A stretch of 45,841 nucleotides of DNA, from positions 1 to 45,841 of the forward strand of contig JAGCFB010000032.1 of the NCBI GenBank assembly GCA_017650345.1. Reading direction: 5' to 3'. Each line of letters starts with the position of its first letter. Position 1 is the stretch's first letter. The translations under genes and the position numbers were made by a program. A model generated the notes under the pieces. It was not told the DNA's origin. It did not search any database and saw nothing but the letters and a program-made list of their open reading frames with translations. This stretch comes from Kiritimatiellia bacterium (lineage in GTDB: Bacteria; Verrucomicrobiota; Kiritimatiellia; RFP12; UBA1067). Shown piece by piece: positions 19,500-27,843 of the stretch.

Positions 19500-20014
19500 A
19501 GAGAATCTGGTACGTCCTCCATGTGAAGCCGCGCACGGAGAAGAAGGTTGTCGCGTACCTGGAGCGCTACGGATACTTCAGGCACCTGCCGACATACGTC
19601 AAGACGTACAAGAACAAGCAGCGGAGGAAGGTGCGCGTCGAGCTGCCGCTCTTCCCGGGCTACGTCTTCACGAGGCTCCTTCCCGAGGAGCGCGTCACGA
19701 TGCTCAAGACGAACCTCATCGTCGCCACGATCCTCGTGGAGCGTCCGCGCGTGATGATCCACCAGCTCAGGCAGATCAACCGCGCCTCGAAGAGCGACGC
19801 GCAGCTGAAGACGCTGGCGAAGACCTTCAAGGCGGGGGATTACGTGCGCGTGAAGTCGGGTCCGATGCGCGGCACCGAGGGCCATGTCATGTACGACGGC
19901 AAGAAGGCGACGCTGTGCCTCAACGTCGAGATACTGGGGGCGTCCGTCACCATGTCCGTCTCGCCGGACGACGTCGAGAGGATCGACCGGAAACGGTCCG
20001 CTCCGGGGGCCTAA
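19496..20014 (+). CDS. NusG-paralog transcription antiterminator (UpxY/RfaH/LoaP-like)
   Basis: NGN domain WYVLHVKPRTEKKV and PLFPGYVF; KOW motif GDYVRVKSGPMRGTEG; ATGA overlap with lpxK; not in a secE-rplK context. Confidence 0.88.
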   Translation: MKRIWYVLHVKPRTEKKVVAYLERYGYFRHLPTYVKTYKNKQRRKVRVELPLFPGYVFTRLLPEERVTMLKTNLIVATILVERPRVMIHQLRQINRASKSDAQLKTLAKTFKAGDYVRVKSGPMRGTEGHVMYDGKKATLCLNVEILGASVTMSVSPDDVERIDRKRSAPGA

Positions 20015-20034
20015 AAAAAATAATCGGTACCCCC

Positions 20035-20063
20035 TTGCGCGCTTCCGGCGAATATGATACAAT
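20035..20063 (+). promoter_or_regulatory. Strong sigma70-type promoter
   Basis: TTGCGC-N17-TACAAT with extended TG, and an A-tract (UP-like) at about 20013-20023. Confidence 0.75.
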
Positions 20064-20069
20064 ATCCAC

Positions 20070-20366
20070 AACTTCGACTGATGGAAGGAGGTCTTCAGGC
20101 GTTAAGCCTGGCACCTAGGTTACACCAGGTGACAACGAATGTTGGCGACCGGAAGTTGGGCGAAGGTCTGTTCGGCGAAGGTGTGAAACTCAAACCGCCA
20201 ACGACGGGCTGAATGGCATGACATGTGTGTCGACCGTGCTCACGCGGGTACAACAAAGTGGGTCGGCAAGATACCGCCGGTAAAAAGGATCAACCGGGTA
20301 GCTCCGGTCAAGGCGAAGCGGGAATCCGACGAGCTGCGAGAAGAAGCAAAGGAAAAGAAAACAACA
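20070..20366 (+). ncRNA. Putative structured 5' leader RNA (~300 nt), family unknown
   Basis: Stems: CAGGC/GCCTG (20096-20110), CACCT/AGGTG (20112-20131), GTTGGCG/CGCCAAC (20141-20202), TGTCGACC/GGTCGGCA (20228-20268), ACCGG/CCGGT (20293-20308). Confidence 0.5.
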
Positions 20367-21041
20367 ATGAAGAAGCTCATGATTGTTGCCGCTGTTGCGG
20401 CCATGACTGGTAGCGTCCTCGCGGGCAACTGCAAGGAAGATCCGCAGGATGTGGACTGCGCGACCGTGTTCACGGTGAAGTTCTCGGGCAAGACGACCGT
20501 CGAGATCAAGGACACCTACAAGACCGTCAAGAAGGTCAGCGGCAATGGCACGCTCTCGATCTCCGACTACGTGACCGAGGCTCTGACCGTCAAGCTCAAC
20601 GGCGAGAAGTATGATGTCGTCCTCACGGACGGCGAGGTCACCAAGTTCACGGTCTTCGGCAAGAAGCTCGAGACGGTTCTCGACGAGAACGCGATCAAGC
20701 CCGGCAAGCACTACACGCTCGAGTCCGACCTCGGCGTTGCTTTCGAGGGTCAGGATCTCTGGGACGTCAACGTCAACCAGGTCGCTTTCGGCAAGGCTGA
20801 CGCTTACATCACCAAGGAGACGACCACGAAGGCCGGCGCCTGCGGTGAGGACGAGACCACCCCTGGCTGCGAGCTCGTGCTCACGCCCAAGTCCTACAGC
20901 GGCTGGTTCACTGGCGACTTCCAGACCTGCCTTGACGAGTATGGCTTCGTGAACGACTGCGTCGAGTTCGACGCTGACGGCGCGACCTCCCTCATCGGCG
21001 GTACCTGGTCTGCCAAGTACAGCAAGAAGCTCTCCAAGTAA
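20367..21041 (+). CDS. Secreted Cys-rich protein A (224 aa), candidate major surface subunit
   Basis: MKKL.. Sec signal peptide, 6 Cys, Thr/Lys/Gly-rich beta character; shares motifs with 26322-27104. Confidence 0.8.
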   Translation: MKKLMIVAAVAAMTGSVLAGNCKEDPQDVDCATVFTVKFSGKTTVEIKDTYKTVKKVSGNGTLSISDYVTEALTVKLNGEKYDVVLTDGEVTKFTVFGKKLETVLDENAIKPGKHYTLESDLGVAFEGQDLWDVNVNQVAFGKADAYITKETTTKAGACGEDETTPGCELVLTPKSYSGWFTGDFQTCLDEYGFVNDCVEFDADGATSLIGGTWSAKYSKKLSK

Positions 21042-21046
21042 GGGCT

Positions 21047-21070
21047 TTGGCTGATGGAAACATCGGCTAG
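21047..21070 (+). other. GAAA-tetraloop hairpin
   Basis: TTGGCTGATG-GAAA-CATCGGCTAG, a 10-bp stem with G-U pairs, between the stop codon and the terminator. Confidence 0.6.
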
Positions 21071-21073
21071 CTA

Positions 21074-21112
21074 AAAAAGGGGGTGGCGGGGATTCCTCGC
21101 CGCCCCCTTTTT
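21074..21112 (+). terminator. Intrinsic terminator (potentially bidirectional)
   Basis: AAAAA-GGGGGTGGCGGGG-ATT-CCTCGCCGCCCCC-TTTTT. Confidence 0.85.
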
Positions 21113-21140
21113 CTTAAAAAAAATACAGAATACGGTAAAA

Positions 21141-22166
21141 ATGAAGCGTATAGCGGCCATAGTTGCGGCGATCATCGTCCCCACGCTCTGGGGCGAAGAA
21201 TCGGCCACGGACTCCGCTCCTGCTACGGAGAGGTCGGCTACGCTCATGGGGCGGAAGGTTACGCTGGAGAAGGACGGTTCGGACTTTGCGGATTCTCTTG
21301 GAGTGTCTTCCCGCAAGGCGAACGAAGCCAAGAAGGCGAATCCGACGCCGACGCACGAGCCGGACGACGTTTTCATCCGGATGAACGGCGAAGTGCTAAC
21401 TTGGGGGATGATCGACGAGTATTCGGACCTGGTTTTGAAGATTTCCCCCCTTACGCTCCCGCCGCAGGCGACCGTGGAGCAGATCAACCAGGTCATTGCC
21501 ATGTCCCGGAAGAAGCTGGCCGAGATGGCCGGCAACGAGTACATCAAGAACTGGATTCTCGTGCCCAGGGCGAAAGAGGCGGGCATAGTCGTTACGGACG
21601 CCGAGATCCTTCATGCCATTTCGAATTCCGTCAAAAAAATCAAGAAACAGTACAGAAACGAGGCGTTAAAGGTCAGCTTGGACCCTGAAAGCTACCTTTA
21701 CCGCAAGCAGGTCGGGTACCTTTACTCAAGGAAGTACGCGAAATTCCTCAATTCCCAGGAAATCGAGGTTTCGGACGAGGAAATCGCCGCCGCGGTCGCC
21801 GAAAGGGAGTCCGAGATCGCAAAGGCGAACGAATACAACGCGTCGCTCCTGCCGAAGATCCAGGGCATACTGGAAGACATCAAGTCCGAAAAGATAGACT
21901 TCGCCGACGCGGCGCTGGAGTATTCCGACTGCGGATCGAGCGTTGACGACGGAGTTTGGGGCGAATTCTACGCCAAAAAGTGCAAAATCCTCCAGCCGCT
22001 CAAGGATTTCGCGTTCGCCGCATCGACCAACGTGCTTAGCGACGTGATAGAGACGCCCTATTCGTACCACATCATGAAGGTTCTCGACCGTGGATACGGC
22101 GACGAGTCCGGTGATGAGGACGATGAAGACGACGACGACGATACGGACGAGGAGGCGGAAGAATGA
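21141..22166 (+). CDS. Exported SurA/PrsA-like parvulin peptidyl-prolyl isomerase with acidic tail
   Basis: Signal peptide; RMNGEVLT; AKEAGIVVTDAEI; IDFADAALEYSDC.S..DGVWG; SDVIETPYSYHIMKV; D/E-rich C-terminus. Confidence 0.8.
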   Translation: MKRIAAIVAAIIVPTLWGEESATDSAPATERSATLMGRKVTLEKDGSDFADSLGVSSRKANEAKKANPTPTHEPDDVFIRMNGEVLTWGMIDEYSDLVLKISPLTLPPQATVEQINQVIAMSRKKLAEMAGNEYIKNWILVPRAKEAGIVVTDAEILHAISNSVKKIKKQYRNEALKVSLDPESYLYRKQVGYLYSRKYAKFLNSQEIEVSDEEIAAAVAERESEIAKANEYNASLLPKIQGILEDIKSEKIDFADAALEYSDCGSSVDDGVWGEFYAKKCKILQPLKDFAFAASTNVLSDVIETPYSYHIMKVLDRGYGDESGDEDDEDDDDDTDEEAEE

Positions 22167-22474
22167 AGCGTCTTTTCTACAGCGTCCTTGCCTTCCTTTC
22201 GCTAGCGGCGTTCGTCGCCGGGTGCGGACGCGAAGAGCAGCCAGAGCAGATTCAGGCGCCGACGCGGGTGAAGCTGGCGCACATCATGCTTGAAAAGGAG
22301 TCCGTGCCCGAGCCTCTCGACATCGAATCGGCGCGGAAGATCGTGATCGACCGCAAAAAACGCGAGCGTCTGCTCGAAATCGAGCGCGAAGAGCTTAAGA
22401 AGGCGATGGCGCAGGAGGACTTCCAGTGCGCCGTACCGGTGACTTTACTCAAAAAAAGGAAAGGCAGCAAATGA
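22163..22474 (+). CDS. Small lipoprotein carrying a parvulin-like VKLAHIML strand plus a helix
   Basis: MKR..hydrophobic..VAGC lipobox; ATGA overlaps at both ends. Confidence 0.7.
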   Translation: MKRLFYSVLAFLSLAAFVAGCGREEQPEQIQAPTRVKLAHIMLEKESVPEPLDIESARKIVIDRKKRERLLEIEREELKKAMAQEDFQCAVPVTLLKKRKGSK

Positions 22475-25400
22475 AAATCAAGAAAACAGGGTTCATTGCC
22501 GCGGCTCTCGCCTGTGTGGCGTCCGTCGCCTCGGCGGTCGTATCCGTGGAAATTGAGCACGACACAAGCGGTGTCCGTCCCGGATACTGGACTTCGGACT
22601 TTGAGGCCGCGAAGGCCCTCGCCGACGAAAAGCACATTCCGCTGCTTTCCTTCTGGGGATACGAGGACTGCGCGCACTGCGCGAAGATGAAGAGCAACGG
22701 ACTTTCCTCCGACATCTTCAAGAACTGGGTCAAGGAGCATCCGATCATCCTCGTCTATACCGAGGTTGACGACGCGACGCGCTACAAGGACACCCCCGTC
22801 AAGACGTTCACGAAGGGCAATCTTTCGGACTATCCCTTCATGCGCTGCTACTGGCAGAAGGCGGACGGGACGCTGGTCTCCAAGAACTTCAGCGGAAACA
22901 CCAAGCAGATGCCCTACACCCAGGGCGTGCTCGCCGAGCAGCTTGTCGGAACGCTCAACATGTATTTCGGATCGTGGGTTCCGACCCCGGACTACAACGG
23001 CGGCTACTTCACGGTGACGAACATGCCGAACGCCCGCCTCGAGGCGGTCGTCGGCAAGACGAAGACGGTCAGCATCCCGATGTACCGCACTGAGAAGTCC
23101 GTCGCCACCAACAAGCTCCAGGCCACCAGCAGCGCGATGGCCACCATCGTCTGGCCGGCGAACGTCCTTACGACGAGCTTCACCTACACGATTCCTGCGA
23201 ATGCGACCGCCGGCACCACGATTCCGCTCAAGCTCTATGCAGCAGACGGAAAGACCCTGAAGTCCACGAGCGCAATCAACATCGTTTCCGAGCCTGAGGT
23301 GTCTACGGCCAACCCCAAGTGGCTTGGCGAGAGCTTTGATTACGGCGAGTGGACTATGGACTACGACGCTGCAAAGAAGAAGAGCGGACTTGTCCTCGCT
23401 GAGTTTGGCGGCGCGCTTTGGTGCCCTAACTGCTTTGGCGCGGACGCCTCGCTGTTCAAGTCCGGCAGCCAGTTCTACGACTGGGCCAAACGCAACGACA
23501 TTTCCCTCGTCGTCTTCGACCAGGGCAGGAGCGACGGCAAGACGCCGGCCGGCACCGGCGAAGCGCGCCTTCTCACCTACGCTCCGGGCGGCTCCAAGGC
23601 GGCCAGCGGCGCGAGCTACCTCTCCCGCAAGGGCCTTGCCGCGACGGACACCGCGGTCCTAAACCGCATCGCGCAGACGACCAAGTACACCGTCCAGTGG
23701 AAGAAGCCCGACTCCACGGCCCCGCGCATGGCCAACCCGGAGATGGTCCTCGTCAAGAACGACAAGGTGATCGCCCGCTTCAACGCGTTCGAGGCGGCGG
23801 ACAAGACCTTCGACGTGACCGAGAACCTTGCGCGCCTCAACGCTCTCCTCGAGCTTGACGACGGCGACACGGACGACTTCTTCAAGACCGCGACCCAGAC
23901 GCTCGCCGTCGAGGCCAGCGCGAGCGGACAGCTCCAGATCAACAACACGAAGAAGTTCTACAAGCTGACCAACGTCCCCGCCGGAAAGGTCGTCTTCGGG
24001 GCGGCCGGCGTCGATGACGCGCAGGCCAAGGTCAAGCCGGTCCTCACCGTTTACGACGGCTCGCTCGACAAGGTTCTCGCTACGGGCGAGGGCGCGGTCG
24101 AGGTGACGTTCGCCAACGGAGCCAACAAGTACCTCAGCGTCTCCTACTTCACCGAGAACAAGAAGTACGGCACCAACAACCACATGAGGTACGCCGTGAC
24201 CTCGGCGGTCACGCTCGTCCCCTCGCAGACGAAGGCCACCTTCAAGACGACGAGCGGAAAGGTTTACATGACCGTCCTGAAGGGCGTCATGTACAAGCTC
24301 GACGGCTTCACCTCCTACACAGGCTTCACCAAGAATGCCGACGGAACGTACACGGCGACGGCGACCGCGAAGCTCGAGATGCGCGCCAACGCCGGCGCGA
24401 CGGTCTCGTACCAGATCTGGACGACCGGAACGGTCCAGTTCACCGCCTCCTCCGCGAAGAAGATGGAGTCCGACGGCTCCGGCACGGTCACCGTGACCCG
24501 CACCGGCGGATCGGCCGGAACGGCGTCCATCGCCGTCTCCGTTGACAAGGGCACCAGGTCCACCGGCCGCGTCAGCGTCTCGCCGGCGACCCTCACGTGG
24601 GCGGACGGCGACACCGCCGCAAAGACGGTGACGTACAAGATCACGCCCCAGGCGGCGGTCAACCCGGACGAGGTCTTCAACATCGCGCTCTCCGTCGTGT
24701 CCGGCTCCGCCGCGCTCGGCTCGCCCAGCAAGTTCGCGCTCACCGTGTCCGACACGGACGATCCGGTCCTTCCGTCCAGCACCTACACCGTGCGCCTCTA
24801 CAAGGGCATCCAGACGGCGCTCACGTACGCTGTCTCCAACATAAAGGAGAACGGACGCGTCACGGTCAATCGCGACGGCAACCTCCCCTCCGGCATGAAG
24901 CTCAACTTCTACGCCGGAACGAACCGCCTGATGCTTGAGGGCAAGCCGACCAAGGCCGGCACGTTCAAGTTCAACGTCAGCATCACCGAGTCGCGCTCCG
25001 CCGGCAAGGTGACGGGCAAGGCCACCGCCTTCACGGTCGTCGTGGCCGACGCCGCGTCGCTCAAGCCCGGAGACAAGGGCTACAACGCGATTCTCGCCAC
25101 CGGCACGACCGTCACCGGCATGGTGCCCGTTTACGGCAAGTGCGCCAGCGACACCGTCCTCGCCGGAACCGTCGAGCTTCGCGTCGCGAAGAACGGACGC
25201 GTCACGGCGAAGTTCGCCGGCGTCAACTCCGCCAAGGTGACGCTGACCGGAAACATCACGTCCATCGCGGACGACGGAACCGTCAACGCGACGCTCGCGA
25301 AGGGCGACACGACCATCACCGTCCAGCTCACCTCGGCCGGCAGGGCCGTCGTGAAGGTCACGAACGTCTCCTCGCCGTTCGGAACCGTGCTCAACAGCGA

Positions 25401-26280
25401 CTCCGCCGGCGCGAAGATCATCGCGTCCGTCGCCGAGCGCTCCGCGTACGCCGGCTACTACACCGTCACCCTGCCCTGCGACACGACGGGCCTCGCCAAG
25501 GGCGGCGAGACGGTGCCCACCGGAACGGGCTACGTGATCCTCAAGATGAACGTCGCCAACTTCAACAACAAGGGCCGCGTCAACTACAGCGGCGTCCTGC
25601 CGAACGGCAAGGCCTTCAGCGGCGCGTCGTACTTCAACCCCGGACAGTCCGTCAAGGACGGCGCAACCTGGGGCTACCTGCCGATCGTGATCAACAAGCA
25701 GTCCGCGAAGGGCGGCGTCCTCGTCCGCGTCCGCAAGGACGCCGCGAAGACCTACAAGACCTCGCCCGAGGTGGTCCTGTCGGTCGATAACGTCGCCCCG
25801 TACTGGATCGCCCCGTCGAAGATCCAGAAGCTCAAGGTCTATGGCGGATGCTTCGAGCGCAACCTCGACTTCGCCAGCTGCTGCCAGGAGTACTACGCGA
25901 AGGAGACGTTCGACATCTCCTGCGACACGCAGTGGTTCGCCCGCAGCCAGCTCTACGGAGCCCTTACCAAGACCTCCACGGGGTCCGCCACTGTCTCCAC
26001 CTCCGGACGCGTCACGATCACCGGCGGAAACGCCGACCTCCCGGCCCGCTTCTCGATCTCGCGCAGCACCGGCGTCATCACCGGCAGCGTTTACGCCCAG
26101 TTCGAGAACGGACGCAAGGTGCGCCTGACCGTCAAGGGCGTCGCCCTGCCCGGCTGGACGGACTGCGGATGCTACGACGAGGTCGTCACCGAGCGTCCGT
26201 TCGTCTCCGCCGCCGGCTACTACAACGACCGCGTCAACGGCAAGACGACGGAGCGCGGCTTCGCAGTCGAGTTCAAGTAA
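22471..26280 (+). CDS. Large secreted protein (1269 aa): two thioredoxin-like CxxC domains, Calx-beta, Ig-like and Cys-containing C-terminal region
   Basis: Signal peptide; WTSDFEAAK..CAHC (22669-22680); WTMDYDAAK..WCPNC (23422-23433); Calx-beta-like QF..ESDG.VTVTRTGG..LTWADGD..DE.F..L..D.D; LPSGM..L.GKPTKAGTF. Confidence 0.8.
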   Translation: MKIKKTGFIAAALACVASVASAVVSVEIEHDTSGVRPGYWTSDFEAAKALADEKHIPLLSFWGYEDCAHCAKMKSNGLSSDIFKNWVKEHPIILVYTEVDDATRYKDTPVKTFTKGNLSDYPFMRCYWQKADGTLVSKNFSGNTKQMPYTQGVLAEQLVGTLNMYFGSWVPTPDYNGGYFTVTNMPNARLEAVVGKTKTVSIPMYRTEKSVATNKLQATSSAMATIVWPANVLTTSFTYTIPANATAGTTIPLKLYAADGKTLKSTSAINIVSEPEVSTANPKWLGESFDYGEWTMDYDAAKKKSGLVLAEFGGALWCPNCFGADASLFKSGSQFYDWAKRNDISLVVFDQGRSDGKTPAGTGEARLLTYAPGGSKAASGASYLSRKGLAATDTAVLNRIAQTTKYTVQWKKPDSTAPRMANPEMVLVKNDKVIARFNAFEAADKTFDVTENLARLNALLELDDGDTDDFFKTATQTLAVEASASGQLQINNTKKFYKLTNVPAGKVVFGAAGVDDAQAKVKPVLTVYDGSLDKVLATGEGAVEVTFANGANKYLSVSYFTENKKYGTNNHMRYAVTSAVTLVPSQTKATFKTTSGKVYMTVLKGVMYKLDGFTSYTGFTKNADGTYTATATAKLEMRANAGATVSYQIWTTGTVQFTASSAKKMESDGSGTVTVTRTGGSAGTASIAVSVDKGTRSTGRVSVSPATLTWADGDTAAKTVTYKITPQAAVNPDEVFNIALSVVSGSAALGSPSKFALTVSDTDDPVLPSSTYTVRLYKGIQTALTYAVSNIKENGRVTVNRDGNLPSGMKLNFYAGTNRLMLEGKPTKAGTFKFNVSITESRSAGKVTGKATAFTVVVADAASLKPGDKGYNAILATGTTVTGMVPVYGKCASDTVLAGTVELRVAKNGRVTAKFAGVNSAKVTLTGNITSIADDGTVNATLAKGDTTITVQLTSAGRAVVKVTNVSSPFGTVLNSDSAGAKIIASVAERSAYAGYYTVTLPCDTTGLAKGGETVPTGTGYVILKMNVANFNNKGRVNYSGVLPNGKAFSGASYFNPGQSVKDGATWGYLPIVINKQSAKGGVLVRVRKDAAKTYKTSPEVVLSVDNVAPYWIAPSKIQKLKVYGGCFERNLDFASCCQEYYAKETFDISCDTQWFARSQLYGALTKTSTGSATVSTSGRVTITGGNADLPARFSISRSTGVITGSVYAQFENGRKVRLTVKGVALPGWTDCGCYDEVVTERPFVSAAGYYNDRVNGKTTERGFAVEFK

Positions 26281-26321
26281 TTCAACCACAATCAACCACA
26301 CAACCAATACAGGAAAAGAAA

Positions 26322-27104
26322 ATGTCCATCAAGAAGTTCATCGTGGCCTCCGCAATCGCGTTCTGCGCATCCATGGCCATGGCCGACGCGCAGGTTTACG
26401 AGGTGACCATGACGCTCAAGACCACGGTCGCCTACAAGGGCAGCACCTCCACGATCGTCTGCAGCGAGCCCGCCAACGGGACCGGACTCTACAGGAAGCA
26501 GACCACGGTCCGCATCAAGGGCCTCATCTGGGGCTGCGACTGCATCACGATCTCCGAGCCGATGAAGGCGGAGTCCGCCGAGGGAACGTACGGCTACGTC
26601 TTCTGGAACATGACGACCGGCAAGGTCCTCGATCCGGAGTTCGCCTGGACGCTCCTCAACCGCATCGACAAGAGGCTCACGAAGGTCGAGGGCGCCTGGA
26701 AGATGGAGAATTCCGACCTCATGCTTGTCGGCGGAGGCTTCGGCACGCTCAAGGATGTCGTTGACAAGGAGTGCTGCACCATCGAATCGACGGTCCTTAC
26801 CACGATCAGCGGCAACTGCGCCGGCTGGATGAAGATGCCGTCCACCATCGTCTCGAAGGGCAAGGACGAGGTTTGCGAGAAGTGCACGGTCATCGCCGGA
26901 ACCGACGATGTGATCGCCGTCGCCCCAGGCTTCACGCTCTGCGAGTGCGCGGACGACTCCGACCAGACCGCCATCAGCGGAACCTGGCGCATCAAGTACA
27001 GCAAGGCCCTCTCGACCAAGTGGAACAAGGCGTCCGCAGCAACGCCCATCACGTCCATCTACAATTTCCCGTCCTACGTCCTCAACTACCTGAACAGCCT
27101 CTAA
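26322..27104 (+). CDS. Secreted Cys-rich protein B (260 aa), paralog of 20367-21041
   Basis: Signal peptide AMA|DAQ; 10 Cys in the mature part; KTTV, GFG, SG...GW and GTW..KYSK.LS motifs. Confidence 0.8.
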   Translation: MSIKKFIVASAIAFCASMAMADAQVYEVTMTLKTTVAYKGSTSTIVCSEPANGTGLYRKQTTVRIKGLIWGCDCITISEPMKAESAEGTYGYVFWNMTTGKVLDPEFAWTLLNRIDKRLTKVEGAWKMENSDLMLVGGGFGTLKDVVDKECCTIESTVLTTISGNCAGWMKMPSTIVSKGKDEVCEKCTVIAGTDDVIAVAPGFTLCECADDSDQTAISGTWRIKYSKALSTKWNKASAATPITSIYNFPSYVLNYLNSL

Positions 27105-27111
27105 CCGGCAT

Positions 27112-27840
27112 ATGCGCGAAAGGATCCGCTCCTTCGCGCAGTCGCCTTGGGCGATATGCGCAGTCGCCGCAGTGGTCTCCATTGCGGCGGCCGCGTTTTC
27201 CGCCGCGTTCCCGCTCCTGGCGACGGACACGGCATGCCGCTACGCTCCGATGGCGGAGGCGTTCGCCGCCGGAGAGTGGATCGAGGCGTTCCATCCGCGC
27301 TTCGGCGTCGGGATGTCCGTCGCGGGCGGACTCGCGGTGCGGCTTTTCGGAATGGACGGCTACTCCGCATGCAGCCTGGTCTCCGCCTTTGCGTGGGGAC
27401 TCGGCGTCCTTCCCGTCTTCCGCATCGCCGAGCGCGTCTTCGACCGCCGCACGGCCTGGTTCGCCGCGATCCTCTATGTCATATGTCCGCAGATGCTCGT
27501 CTGGGCGCTGAAGGGGCTTCGCGAGCCGTTCAAGGCGCTCGGAATCCTCCTTATGGCGGACGCCCTGTTCCGTTGCCGCGGCTCGGGCTGGCTGAACTTC
27601 GCGGAGGCGGCGTGCGGACTCCTCCTCCTCTTCACATTCAAGGTCGATGGCGTGGTTGTCGGCGGCGCGTTCGCCGTGGCGTACGCAGTCCTCGACCGCT
27701 TCCGCGCGCGCACATGGGCGCTCGCCGCGTGGGGGCTTCTTGCAGTCCAGCCGATGTGCTGGCTTGTCTTCGAGTGGACGGGCGCATGGCTCCCGGCGCC
27801 GCAGTACGCGCCCTACTTCCACAGGCTGTTCGGAGGCTGA
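27112..27840 (+). CDS. Membrane protein resembling the N-terminal part of an ArnT/PMT-like (GT-C) glycosyltransferase
   Basis: TM helix followed by D...Y..MA; multiple TM segments; LREP motif. Confidence 0.55.
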   Translation: MRERIRSFAQSPWAICAVAAVVSIAAAAFSAAFPLLATDTACRYAPMAEAFAAGEWIEAFHPRFGVGMSVAGGLAVRLFGMDGYSACSLVSAFAWGLGVLPVFRIAERVFDRRTAWFAAILYVICPQMLVWALKGLREPFKALGILLMADALFRCRGSGWLNFAEAACGLLLLFTFKVDGVVVGGAFAVAYAVLDRFRARTWALAAWGLLAVQPMCWLVFEWTGAWLPAPQYAPYFHRLFGG

Positions 27841-27843
27841 GGT

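Noticed and set aside
20070-20366. Leader as RNase P RNA, tmRNA, group II intron or a known riboswitch
   Set aside because: No GAGGAAAGUCC RNase P core, tRNA-like ends, intron domain V or riboswitch consensus that I could recognise; an Rfam scan is still needed.
20223-20366. 48-aa N-terminal extension of protein A
   Set aside because: The signal peptide and A-rich ribosome-binding site point to ATG 20367.
20367-20432. Protein A as a lipoprotein
   Set aside because: LAGNC is not a canonical lipobox; signal peptidase I cleavage after VLA is more plausible.
21141-22474. Lower-GC segment as a mobile element
   Set aside because: No integrase, transposase, terminal repeats or tRNA site; the genes are coupled to the flanking operon.
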